NCBI GenBank assembly: GCA_964505265.1 | Contig: CAZDGN010000004.1 | Location: 1,515-65,514, forward strand | Reading direction: 5' to 3' | Source: an uncultured Rickettsia sp. | GTDB lineage: Bacteria; Pseudomonadota; Alphaproteobacteria; Rickettsiales; UBA1997 | DNA length: 64,000 nucleotides | Shown: one piece after another, positions 8,615 through 17,993 of the stretch | Layout: every line of letters starts with the position of its first letter | Numbering within the stretch: the first letter of the stretch is position 1 | The notes under the pieces: generated by a model | Told to the model about the DNA's origin: nothing | The model's database searches: none | The model's input: only the letters and a program-made list of their open reading frames with translations | Translations under genes and position numbers: made by a program

Positions 8615-10759
8615 ATGTCTGATTTTATTTTAGAATTATATAGCGAAGAAATTCCAGCAAAGATGCAAAAAAATGCTCTTGAGAATTTTGATAAAATTGT
8701 TAATGAGGTTTTAAAAAAAAGTAATTTAAATTTTCAGCAAGATGATCTGAAAACCTTTATTTCAGCGAATCGCTTGGTCATTTCTTTAAAAAATATTCAA
8801 GATTTTCAATTGCAACAATCGCAAAGAAAAATTGGTCCAAAAATTGATAGCGATCCAAAATCAATTGAAGGTTTTGCCAAGTCGATGGGCTTATCTGGTG
8901 CTTCGGATTTAAAAATCCATGATGGATTTTATGTTTTTGAAAAGCCTCAATCTAAAACTCCAACTGAAGAAATAATTAAATTGGCATTGCCAACTATTTT
9001 GTTAAAAATGCAAAATATATGGGCCAAAACTATGGTTTATAATGTAGCAAATGATTTAAAATTTAAATGGATTCGCCCGATTCGTTCAATTTTGGCACTT
9101 TACAATGATAAAATTATTGATTTTTCTTTTGCTCATCTAAAATCATCCAACAAAACTTTTGGCAAAAATTTGCAAATTATTGAAATAAAAAATGCTTCAA
9201 CTTATCAAGAAGTTATGCAAGAAAATCATATTATCATCGACCAATTTTGTCGTAAAGAAATTATCTCAAATCAAATTGCCAAAATTTTAAAAGAAAAGCA
9301 AATTACTATTAATGTTAACTTCTTTCAATCGAATTTTTTTGAAGAATTAGTCGGTTTGGCTGATAACCCAACGGTTTTGGTTGGAAAAATTGACAATATT
9401 TTTTTAGAACTTCCGCATCAAGCCTTAAATATAACTTTGCAACATAATCAAAAATATATTTGCACCAATGATTATGATGGAAATTTTTCGCCTTATTTTT
9501 TATTCATTTGTAATTGTGAAGTGGGCGAACACAATCAAGGAAAAATTATTCGCGACAACGAAAAAATTATGCGAGCAAGGCTTAATGATTTAAAATTTTT
9601 CATTGAAGAGGATTTAAAAAAGCCTTTAATTAATTTTAAAGAAAACCTGGTAAATGTAATTCAGCACCAAAAAATTGGCAACATTGCTGAAAAAATTTCT
9701 CGATTCAAAGAACTGGCAAAATTTTTATCGGTCTTTACACCGCATTGCGACATAAATTTGATTGATAGAGCGGTAGATTTATCAAAGGCTGATCTATGCA
9801 CAAAAGCAGTTGCTGAATTGCCAGAATTACAAGGTTATTTCGGAAGTTTTTATGCAAAAAAACAACTTGAAAATCATAAAATTGCCGAAGCAATTTATGA
9901 ACATTATTTGCCAATTGGTGCAAATTCAGAAGTAGCAAAACAAGCGCTTGGCATAACTTTATCAATTGCTGATAAAATTGATAATATTGTGGGTTTCTTT
10001 TTGGTAAATGAAAAGCCATCAAGTTCGCGTGACCCTTATGCATTAAGGCGCTGTGCTCTTGGTATTATTAGAACTTCACATCAACATAATATTGCCTTTC
10101 CGATTCGAATTTTAGTTGAGCGTTCTTTAAAAACTTTTTCACCAAAAATGTTAAAAAATTATTTATCTCCTAATAAAAAAGATTTCTTTATTTTAAAGAA
10201 AAATTTAATTGAAGAGATTGTTAAATTCATCATCGAACGTCTAAAAATTTATCTAAAAGAGCAAGAAAATATTCGTTCAGATATTTTGCAAATGGTTCTA
10301 AATGATTATATCGATAACCTAGATAAACACAAGATGGTTGATGTTTTATATCTAATCAAAAAAATCAAATTCCTTAATGAATTTATTAACAACGAAAATA
10401 ATAAAAATTTAATTAACCTTTATAAAAGATCGGCAAATATATTGGCTATCGAAGAAAATAAGGACAAGAAAATTTATCAAGGTCGACCTTCGATTTTAGG
10501 TTTCAAGAGTAAATATGAAAGATTGCTTTACCGCAGAATAAAGCAGGTTTCAAGACCATTTTATAAGTTAGTTTCTAAAGCAGAATTTGAAAAAGCTTTG
10601 GCCTTACTTGCAATTATTGAAACACCATTAACGCATTTTTTTGATCATATCGTGGTTAATGATATTGATAATAACACTAGGGAAAATCGCTTGATTTTGC
10701 TAGCCCAAATACGTGAAATATTTAATGATATTGGCAATTTATCTAAAATCGAATTATAG
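8615..10759 (+). CDS. glyS: Glycyl-tRNA synthetase beta subunit
   Basis: The N-terminus ILELYSEEIPAKM, the blocks DPYALRR and LPELQGYFG, and the length (714 aa) are typical of GlyS. No glyQ is adjacent. Confidence 0.85.
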   Translation: MSDFILELYSEEIPAKMQKNALENFDKIVNEVLKKSNLNFQQDDLKTFISANRLVISLKNIQDFQLQQSQRKIGPKIDSDPKSIEGFAKSMGLSGASDLKIHDGFYVFEKPQSKTPTEEIIKLALPTILLKMQNIWAKTMVYNVANDLKFKWIRPIRSILALYNDKIIDFSFAHLKSSNKTFGKNLQIIEIKNASTYQEVMQENHIIIDQFCRKEIISNQIAKILKEKQITINVNFFQSNFFEELVGLADNPTVLVGKIDNIFLELPHQALNITLQHNQKYICTNDYDGNFSPYFLFICNCEVGEHNQGKIIRDNEKIMRARLNDLKFFIEEDLKKPLINFKENLVNVIQHQKIGNIAEKISRFKELAKFLSVFTPHCDINLIDRAVDLSKADLCTKAVAELPELQGYFGSFYAKKQLENHKIAEAIYEHYLPIGANSEVAKQALGITLSIADKIDNIVGFFLVNEKPSSSRDPYALRRCALGIIRTSHQHNIAFPIRILVERSLKTFSPKMLKNYLSPNKKDFFILKKNLIEEIVKFIIERLKIYLKEQENIRSDILQMVLNDYIDNLDKHKMVDVLYLIKKIKFLNEFINNENNKNLINLYKRSANILAIEENKDKKIYQGRPSILGFKSKYERLLYRRIKQVSRPFYKLVSKAEFEKALALLAIIETPLTHFFDHIVVNDIDNNTRENRLILLAQIREIFNDIGNLSKIEL

Positions 10760-10764
10760 AATAT

Positions 10765-12117
10765 ATGTATTTATCGAATTATTTTATTCCATCTTTAAAG
10801 GAAAATCCAATTGATGCCACTGTGGTTTCTCACCAGCTTATGGTTCGAGCTGGTATGATTCGCCAGACTGCGAGCGGAATTTACTCTTGGCTTCCGCTTG
10901 GGCTTCGAGTTTTGCGAAAAGTAGAAAAAATTATCAAAGAAGAAATGGACAAAGCAGGAGCCCTTGAGGTTTTGATGCCCACAATCCAGCCAGCAGAATT
11001 ATGGGTTGAGTCGGGTCGCTATGATGCTTATGGTAAGGAAATGCTTCGCATTAAAGATCGCCATGATCGCGATATTTTATATGGACCTACCCATGAGGAG
11101 GTTATCACTGATTTGTTTCGCAAAAATATTAATTCTTACAAGGATTTGCCAAAAAATTTCTATCAAATTAATTGGAAATTTCGTGATGAAATCCGCCCAA
11201 GATTTGGTTTAATGCGTGGTCGTGAATTTTTGATGAAAGACTCGTATTCATTTGACATCAATGAAGAAAATGCCAAAAAAACTTACGACTTAATGTATCA
11301 AACTTATTTTAAAATTTTCATAAAAATGGGTTTGCAACCAATTGCTCTTCGAGCCGATACTGGAGCCATTGGCGGGGATTTGTCTCATGAGTTTCATATT
11401 CTCGCTGATGTTGGCGAGAGTGCAATTTATTACGACAAAAAACTTGATGAAATTTATCAACAAGAATTATTTCATTATCAGCAAAATTCGGGCGACAAAG
11501 ACGATATTATCGCTCTTTTAAAAGGTGGGCAGGAAATTGAAAATATCAATATTGACATCAAAAAATTGCAATCAATTTATGCGATGGCCGATGATTTACA
11601 TTCGCCAGAAAATTGTCCAGTTGCCAAAGAAAATATTATTGCCAAACGAGGCATTGAGGTGGGTCAGGTTTTCAATTTTGGATTGAAATATTCTAAGGCA
11701 ATGGAAGCTTCGGTGATGAGTGCCTCGGGCGAAAAAATCTATCCAAATATGGGTTCTTATGGCATTGGGGTTTCAAGAGTGGTGGCAGGTGCGATTGAAG
11801 CCAATCATGATGAAAGAGGCATTATTTGGCCCGCACAAATTGCCCCTTTTGATGTGATGGTTATTAACATCAAAACTGGCGATGAGCAATGCGATTTAGC
11901 ATGTGCAAAAATTTACGAAAATTTGCAAAAACACCATATCGAAGTTTTATATGACGATACCAAAAATTCGATGGGACAAAAATTGGCAGTTGCCGATTTG
12001 ATTGGCGTGCCATATCAAATTATCGTCGGACCAAAAACTTTGGCAAACAATCAAGTTGAAATTAAAAATCGCCGAACTGGAGAAAAATTTTTAGTAGATA
12101 TAAGCAAGGTTTTGTAA
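10765..12117 (+). CDS. proS: Prolyl-tRNA synthetase, short form without the insertion/editing domain
   Basis: It has the class II motifs FRDEIRPRFGLMRGREF and SYGIGVSR. The 450-aa length is as in alphaproteobacterial ProRS. Confidence 0.9.
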   Translation: MYLSNYFIPSLKENPIDATVVSHQLMVRAGMIRQTASGIYSWLPLGLRVLRKVEKIIKEEMDKAGALEVLMPTIQPAELWVESGRYDAYGKEMLRIKDRHDRDILYGPTHEEVITDLFRKNINSYKDLPKNFYQINWKFRDEIRPRFGLMRGREFLMKDSYSFDINEENAKKTYDLMYQTYFKIFIKMGLQPIALRADTGAIGGDLSHEFHILADVGESAIYYDKKLDEIYQQELFHYQQNSGDKDDIIALLKGGQEIENINIDIKKLQSIYAMADDLHSPENCPVAKENIIAKRGIEVGQVFNFGLKYSKAMEASVMSASGEKIYPNMGSYGIGVSRVVAGAIEANHDERGIIWPAQIAPFDVMVINIKTGDEQCDLACAKIYENLQKHHIEVLYDDTKNSMGQKLAVADLIGVPYQIIVGPKTLANNQVEIKNRRTGEKFLVDISKVL

Positions 12118-12473
12118 AAAATTAAATCAACTAAAATAAAAAACCAAAACAATAAATTTTTATTTTTTGGCTAAAAATCTCTAGAAAGCCTCGATTCTTC
12201 AAGATTAGATTTTCATATTTTAAATTTAATTAATAAATATTTATATTAATTTTTAAATCCTATTATTCCGAAAATAAAACAATAAAATAAAAACAAAATA
12301 AATTATAAAAAAATAATTTACAAACTATTTAACATAATAAAAATCATAAAAAATAAAATTCCCATTAAAATATTTTTATATGATTGCAAATAATACAGAA
12401 ACAAGTCTAAGTCCAAATCCAAATATATCCGAATCTGATAACCAGAATCCCACAACCTCTTCAAGAACCTCAA

Positions 12474-12851
12474 TTGCAGGTAAGATCTAATTTTGATATT
12501 TCTAAAGCAGTTCTTGCTGGACTTTTAACTGCGGTTGCAGTTGGTGGGCTTGGAATTCTTGCAGGTGAAGCAAAATGTAGCACTCAAAATGTTCCAAAAA
12601 ACGACACAGAAAGCAGTAGATCTCGTCATAATAAATGTGTTGATTCAAATTCTGATTCAATTATTATTGGAATGTTTGCAGGATTGATAGCTGGTTTTAT
12701 TTTTGAATTAATTAGAAGAAAATTAAGAAGACCGCCTTCGGAGCAACCAGTTGAAGAACAAGAAATTTCCCCGACAACACTAGGGCAACAAAGAAGATTG
12801 CCAAATACTTACTACTACTCAAATATCTTCAGGACAGCATCAAGGAGTTGA
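12474..12851 (+). CDS. Hypothetical small membrane protein, possibly frameshifted
   Basis: The TTG-initiated ORF has two hydrophobic segments (AVLAGLLTAVAVGGLGILAG, IIIGMFAGLIAGFIF). An ATG ORF at 12380-12490 in another frame overlaps its start. It ends in TGA. Confidence 0.3.
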   Translation: MQVRSNFDISKAVLAGLLTAVAVGGLGILAGEAKCSTQNVPKNDTESSRSRHNKCVDSNSDSIIIGMFAGLIAGFIFELIRRKLRRPPSEQPVEEQEISPTTLGQQRRLPNTYYYSNIFRTASRS

Positions 12852-12887
12852 AAGACAGTCTAGTCAAGAACTATAAATAATCAAGGT

Positions 12888-13736
12888 TTAAATATTGTCA
12901 AATAAACTCCTAAATCCTTTAGTGTTTAACCAAAAATTATTTTTGTTATTTTTTAAATAATTAATAATTTCATTTCTTTGGGTAGAAATTTTTTTCCCAG
13001 AAGAATTATCATCAAGTAATCTGTTGGAATATTTTCCATCAAGAAAGGATATTATGTAAAAATCTTTATTGCTTTCTTTTATGCTCAATAATTCAATTAA
13101 TTCTGACATTTGTTTATCTTGTCCACCACCAGAAGTGTTGATATGTTTGGCTTCGCAAATAAATAGTTTTTCATTTGATTTAATAATTAAATCCAGATTT
13201 TTATTTTGAGTTTTGGTTTGAATTTTAAGATTAAATTCTTCACGAACCATTTCCAAATTTATTTTACTTGAAAATTCTAAAAATCCAAATTTCGATTTAT
13301 TTAATTCATTTAAATTATTATATTTTTCATATCCATAATCATTAAGAATAAATGACAATTTCTTTTCTCCGGCTTTACCTTTTTTTCTTGATGAATTGTT
13401 GTCTATTAGAGCTTGTATCCAGTCTTTGGGGGTAAATTCATTCAAAACTCTATTTTGAAAAAACTTTTCGACAACAATTTTTAATGTATCAATATCCTCC
13501 TTAACACTTTCAATGGAATTGTCGCATGCATTAATAAAACAAGAAAATTCCGTAGAATTGGAATATTTATTAATATTATCAGAAAGTTTTAAATAATATT
13601 TTTGAATTAAATCACTATTTTCACTATTTTCACTAAGTGTTTTAATTGTTATTAAAATATTTTTGATTAAATTTGCATTTTCTATGTATTTATCCAGTTC
13701 AGAATTTATTCCAATAAAAGTATAAAATTCATCCAA
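12888..13736 (-). CDS. Putative type II restriction endonuclease
   Basis: A PD-(D/E)XK-like block, DLIIKSNEKLFICEAKHINTSGGGQDKQ, is present. The gene lies 29 nt downstream of, and co-oriented with, an N6-adenine methyltransferase gene. Confidence 0.55.
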   Translation of the reverse strand: MDEFYTFIGINSELDKYIENANLIKNILITIKTLSENSENSDLIQKYYLKLSDNINKYSNSTEFSCFINACDNSIESVKEDIDTLKIVVEKFFQNRVLNEFTPKDWIQALIDNNSSRKKGKAGEKKLSFILNDYGYEKYNNLNELNKSKFGFLEFSSKINLEMVREEFNLKIQTKTQNKNLDLIIKSNEKLFICEAKHINTSGGGQDKQMSELIELLSIKESNKDFYIISFLDGKYSNRLLDDNSSGKKISTQRNEIINYLKNNKNNFWLNTKGFRSLFDNI

Positions 13737-13765
13737 ATAGGGGTTCAGGATTATTTTTTGAAATA

Positions 13766-14953
13766 TTAAAATAATGAAGATTGTTTAAAATCATTTTCTT
13801 GATATATTAAATTTATCAGCTTATAAGCAGTATCAAACGATATTCTCTTCCGGTTATTGTCACGAAAATTTGTTAAAAAGAAAGAGAAATATTTGCTTCT
13901 ATTTTCATTTAATTGTTTGTTAAATATTTCAATTATTTTTGATTGTTCTTCAAGAGTGATTGGTTTCTTAAATATTAGATGAGCCATATTCCTCGAGGTG
14001 TTTTTCCCAACTAAAGCACTAACATTATATTCTCTAATATCTTCTAATTGAATTTTTTTTCCATTTTTACTATCAATTGCCCTTAAAAATAAAATATTTT
14101 TCTGTAGCATATTTATAAAGTTTTCGCTGGCATTGATTTGTTGTTTTTGATTTAAGTTTTGGATGGCAATGTCGATTTTTTTATTACCTTTTTCAATAAA
14201 GTCTTCTGTTAAGCGAAAGATTCCTAAAGAATTTTTTGTTTTCTTGATTTTTTTTATAAAATCACCTCCAAATTGCCAATTTAATTTTTTACTTAATTCA
14301 ATTTTTATATTTATGTTTTGTGGATAAATTGTGGCATCAAAAATGTTTATATCAGAAATTTTTGAATTTTTTTTAAAATAAAATGAAATCACGTTGTAAG
14401 TCGTGTCGTTAAATACCTTTTGTGTAAAAATGTTAAGTTTAACAATTGAAAATTTTGAAAAAAATAATTCACGAATTTTTCTAGAGTTTTCAGCGCATAA
14501 AAAGTTAAGAGGAATAACAATTATTCCCTCTTCGCAATCAAAGCAGGATTTTAAAGCAATTTGATAAAGATCTTCAAAAATTAAATTCTGTGTTTTGTAA
14601 AAAATATTTTTATACTCATTTGATATTTTGTTTTTATGAAGATAAGGCGGGTTGGTGCAAATAAACTTGTATTTCTTGGGAGATTCCAAGGAATCATTAA
14701 AAAATACATTATGATTATCAACATATTTTTCATCAAAATCAAAACCAACAGCACTCTTACAATTATGCTTTTTTGACCAGTTTAATAAATCTTGATTTCC
14801 AGCAAATGGATCGGTTACAACTTTATCTTTAACATAATTTTCAAATCCGTACAATATAAGATCAGAATTTGTTGTAAAAAATTGACCAAGATTTGTTTTT
14901 TTTGAATTTTCTTTTTTTTTATTTTTAAGATTTTTTGTAGGATTTATAGGCAT
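13766..14953 (-). CDS. N6-adenine DNA methyltransferase, gamma-class motif order
   Basis: The motifs GQFFTT, then DPFAGNQDL (SAM-binding FxGxG-like), then CTNPPYL (motif IV NPPY) occur in the order seen in TaqI/Eco57I-type adenine methylases. Confidence 0.75.
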   Translation of the reverse strand: MPINPTKNLKNKKKENSKKTNLGQFFTTNSDLILYGFENYVKDKVVTDPFAGNQDLLNWSKKHNCKSAVGFDFDEKYVDNHNVFFNDSLESPKKYKFICTNPPYLHKNKISNEYKNIFYKTQNLIFEDLYQIALKSCFDCEEGIIVIPLNFLCAENSRKIRELFFSKFSIVKLNIFTQKVFNDTTYNVISFYFKKNSKISDINIFDATIYPQNINIKIELSKKLNWQFGGDFIKKIKKTKNSLGIFRLTEDFIEKGNKKIDIAIQNLNQKQQINASENFINMLQKNILFLRAIDSKNGKKIQLEDIREYNVSALVGKNTSRNMAHLIFKKPITLEEQSKIIEIFNKQLNENRSKYFSFFLTNFRDNNRKRISFDTAYKLINLIYQENDFKQSSLF

Positions 14954-15058
14954 TAGGTGGATTTAATTTATTAAAATTTGTTATAATAATGCAAATATTG
15001 TAAAAAATTAATAAATAAATGCAAATAATTTTATAAATTTGCATTTATTTCGTAAATT

Positions 15059-17197
15059 TTAAAATTCCATAGTGAGGTTGGCTTTAAAGGCTCGAACTGA
15101 ACCGGGTTGGATATTGTTGTTATTGTGGGCGGTGAGGTGGTATTTTTTGTTAAAAATATTTTCCACATTTAATTGAGTGCGAATTTTTGAATTAATGTGA
15201 TAATAAATTCCGCCATCCACACGGTTAAATCCTTTAATGCGCACACTGTTATTAACCGAAGCGAATTGACTTGATTGATTGATGAAACCCAAGGCCAAAC
15301 CATATTTTTTTTCGATGTCATATTTTCCCCATAGCGAAAATTTATTTTGTGGAGTAAGTGCCAGTTTTTTACCTTTTTTGGCACTTGAAGTGTCGCTAGT
15401 GATTTCGGCTTTAAGGTGCGAGAAGCCAGCAATTATGTTGAAATTTTTGTAAATTTCGCCTTGAGCTGAAAGCTCTAAGCCTTTAGTTCGAGAGGCTCCA
15501 GATAGAACAAACAAGCCAGTTCCTGCTGGGTCATTGGCTCTGGTGTTGGTTCTGTCTAAAATAAATAAGGCGCCACTAATATTAAATTTTTTGGTGAGAT
15601 CAATTTTAGAGCCAACTTCGTAATTTTGTAATTTTTCGGCTTTTAAAGTTTTTGACTTTGCATCGAGTTCATTAAATTGGTCGCCTGCACTTGGTAAATA
15701 AGATGTGCTTAAGCTGGCATAGTTGGAGATATTAGATTTAGGTTTAAAAATCAAAGCCAATTTTGGTGAAATTAAATTTTGTGAATTTTCAAATTTTTTA
15801 TGATTAAAATTGTCATTTAAAATAATTTTAAAATTATCTAATCGCACACCAACATTGGCTTCAAAATAATTATTTAAAATCAAATTATCTTGTAAATATC
15901 CCGCAAGAATTCTAACATTATTTTTATTTTTAATATTAGTTTGATAAGAAACTGATGACGAAATAATGTCATCAAAAACAGAAACTTCAAGGCTTGAAGC
16001 ACTACCATTAAATAAGCCATTTCTTCTTTCTAATTTTGAAGCTTGATGAGAAATTTCGGTGCCAATTAATAATTCATGCTTTATATTTTTGGTGGTAAAT
16101 TTACTTATAAAATCGGTTTGGTTGGTGAAGTTAAGGCGAGTTTGGTCGTTGTCGTAAGATGCCAATTTAAATTTATAATTATTGTCAACTGCGCTATTTG
16201 GATATGAATTTTTGTAATATTTATCGTAATTGCTTAAGCGGGTATGATTTTTAATTTTAAAATCCTTATTAAAATCATGATTTAATGTTGCAAAAGCGCT
16301 ATTTACTTCAGTTTTTGAGCCATATTGATCAGGACTGCCAAAAAATTTATTTGAGCGAATTGTAAGTGGTGAGCCGTTTTTTGAAGGCAAACCACGGTCA
16401 TTAAAGCGATTATCATAAAAATATTCATAACCAACTTTTAAGTCAGTTTTTTGGCTTAAAATAATGGTTGCCGTTGGGTTGATGCCATATTTTTGCATAT
16501 ATCCATAATCACGGAAGGTTTTAGAATTTTCATAAACACCATTGATTCTAAAATTAAATTTATTATTGATTTTTTCAGAAATATCGCCCTCGAAACGATG
16601 ATTTTCAAAGGAACCGCCACTTAAACTTACTTTACGAATTTTGTTGCCATTGGCAAATTTTGAAACTCGATTTACTAAGCCACCAGAGCCACCTCGACCA
16701 AATGCCAAAGCATTTGGACCTTTTAAAAACTCAATTTGTTCGATATTATAAAAATCACGAAAATATTGGGCATCATCGCGAGCGCCATCTAAAAAGAAAT
16801 CGGCAGTTGTGTCGTTGCCTCGAATCGAAACTTGGTCGCGATTGCCTTCGCCTTGCTTGACAAAAAACCCTGGAACATAACGCGAAGCCTCTTCAAGATT
16901 AACAATATTTTGGTCTTGAATTTGTTTGCGTCCAACCACGGAAATACTTTGTGGAGTGTCATTTAGAGCTTTATTAATTTTTAGCGAGCTTGACGAGGTA
17001 AAGTTTTTGTAATCAGAATTTTCGTTAGTGGCAGTGACGGTGATTTGTGGAAGGGTCGATGAAGAAATTATGTTGGTTTGAACTGGTTTTGAAGAAATAT
17101 TTTTTTTAGCAAAAATATTGTTAATTAAAATAAGATTTAAAAATAAAATTTGTAAAATTAACCAAAAAAATTGCGGAAATTTGCGAAGAATTAACAT
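15059..17197 (-). CDS. TonB-dependent outer-membrane receptor (siderophore-type)
   Basis: It has a signal peptide, plug-domain motifs (VSIRGN, IEFLKGPNALAFGRGGSGGLVN) and a beta-barrel body with a terminal aromatic residue (..LTMEF). Confidence 0.85.
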   Translation of the reverse strand: MLILRKFPQFFWLILQILFLNLILINNIFAKKNISSKPVQTNIISSSTLPQITVTATNENSDYKNFTSSSSLKINKALNDTPQSISVVGRKQIQDQNIVNLEEASRYVPGFFVKQGEGNRDQVSIRGNDTTADFFLDGARDDAQYFRDFYNIEQIEFLKGPNALAFGRGGSGGLVNRVSKFANGNKIRKVSLSGGSFENHRFEGDISEKINNKFNFRINGVYENSKTFRDYGYMQKYGINPTATIILSQKTDLKVGYEYFYDNRFNDRGLPSKNGSPLTIRSNKFFGSPDQYGSKTEVNSAFATLNHDFNKDFKIKNHTRLSNYDKYYKNSYPNSAVDNNYKFKLASYDNDQTRLNFTNQTDFISKFTTKNIKHELLIGTEISHQASKLERRNGLFNGSASSLEVSVFDDIISSSVSYQTNIKNKNNVRILAGYLQDNLILNNYFEANVGVRLDNFKIILNDNFNHKKFENSQNLISPKLALIFKPKSNISNYASLSTSYLPSAGDQFNELDAKSKTLKAEKLQNYEVGSKIDLTKKFNISGALFILDRTNTRANDPAGTGLFVLSGASRTKGLELSAQGEIYKNFNIIAGFSHLKAEITSDTSSAKKGKKLALTPQNKFSLWGKYDIEKKYGLALGFINQSSQFASVNNSVRIKGFNRVDGGIYYHINSKIRTQLNVENIFNKKYHLTAHNNNNIQPGSVRAFKANLTMEF

Positions 17198-17308
17198 AAA
17201 TAATAAGACAAAAAAATTAATAAAATAATAAAAACTAATTTTAATAAAATTTTTATAAAACCAGTAAAATAAATATTTGGAATGGCTTTAAAATTAAAAA
17301 ATCATTGC

Positions 17309-17327
17309 AATAATGATTATCATATTA
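17309..17327. promoter_or_regulatory. Candidate Fur box upstream of the TonB-dependent receptor gene
   Basis: The sequence aataatgattatcatatta matches 14 of 19 positions of the classical GATAATGATAATCATTATC consensus. It sits about 110-130 nt upstream of the 17197 start, within the atcatt..aatgat dyad. Confidence 0.4.
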
Positions 17328-17368
17328 GGTAATAAAAATATTTTTTTCAAGATTTTTTTTCGCGATAA

Positions 17369-17857
17369 TTATTTTTTTGCTTTTTTCTTTAGGCGAAATT
17401 TTTTTAAGGTTTTTAAATCAATATATTCAAGAGCTTTGATGTTGGTGGATTCCAATTTTATTTTTGGAGCAAATCCAGCTTCGTAGGCTTCAAGCCAACG
17501 TAAAGCGCATAAGCACCAAAAATCTCCCGCTTTTAAGCCCGGAAAATTATATTGTGGATTTGGCGAAGATAAATTATTTCCTCTAGATTTTGTAAATTCT
17601 AAAAATTCAGTTGTTACTTGGGCACAAACCACATGAGTTCCTGCATCTTGAAAATTTGTATGGCAATATCCATCACGAAAAAATCCAGTGAGTGGTTCAA
17701 AACAACAAGGCTGGAGTGGTTTATTTAGAACATTTAATGCCGAAGTTTTTTGATTTGCTTTTGGAATTATCGTCATATTTTGTGCATAAATTTTGGTTGG
17801 TGATAAAAAAATAATTATAGTAAAAAAAATTTTATAAAATTTAGTTTTTTTTCGCAT
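17369..17857 (-). CDS. DUF2237 family protein with an N-terminal hydrophobic extension
   Basis: The blocks CCFEPLTGFFRDGYC, GTHVVCAQVT and GDFWCLCALRWLEAYEAG match the DUF2237 family as I remember it. The N-terminus looks like a signal peptide. An alternative start is M28 (17776). Confidence 0.6.
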   Translation of the reverse strand: MRKKTKFYKIFFTIIIFLSPTKIYAQNMTIIPKANQKTSALNVLNKPLQPCCFEPLTGFFRDGYCHTNFQDAGTHVVCAQVTTEFLEFTKSRGNNLSSPNPQYNFPGLKAGDFWCLCALRWLEAYEAGFAPKIKLESTNIKALEYIDLKTLKKFRLKKKAKK

Positions 17858-17993
17858 TTTTTTTGGAATTTTTACATTTTTCAGAGCAGAATTTTATATG
17901 TTCCCAGTCTCGTTGCCATTTTTTTCGCCAAGCAAAAGGTCGGTTGCAAAATTCACAAATTTTTTGTGGTAAATTTAATTTTTTGTGGGTCAT
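17841..17993 (-). CDS. DUF2256-type small zinc-ribbon protein (50 aa, below the ORF-track cutoff)
   Basis: My own translation gives MTHKKLNLPQKICEFCNRPFAWRKKWQRDWEHIKFCSEKCKNSKKNAKKN. It has a CxxC...CxxxC pattern and the RPFxWRKKW core. Its ATG overlaps the photolyase TAA (TAATG), and its 3' end overlaps the DUF2237 start by 17 nt. Confidence 0.65.
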   Translation of the reverse strand: MTHKKLNLPQKICEFCNRPFAWRKKWQRDWEHIKFCSEKCKNSKKNAKKN

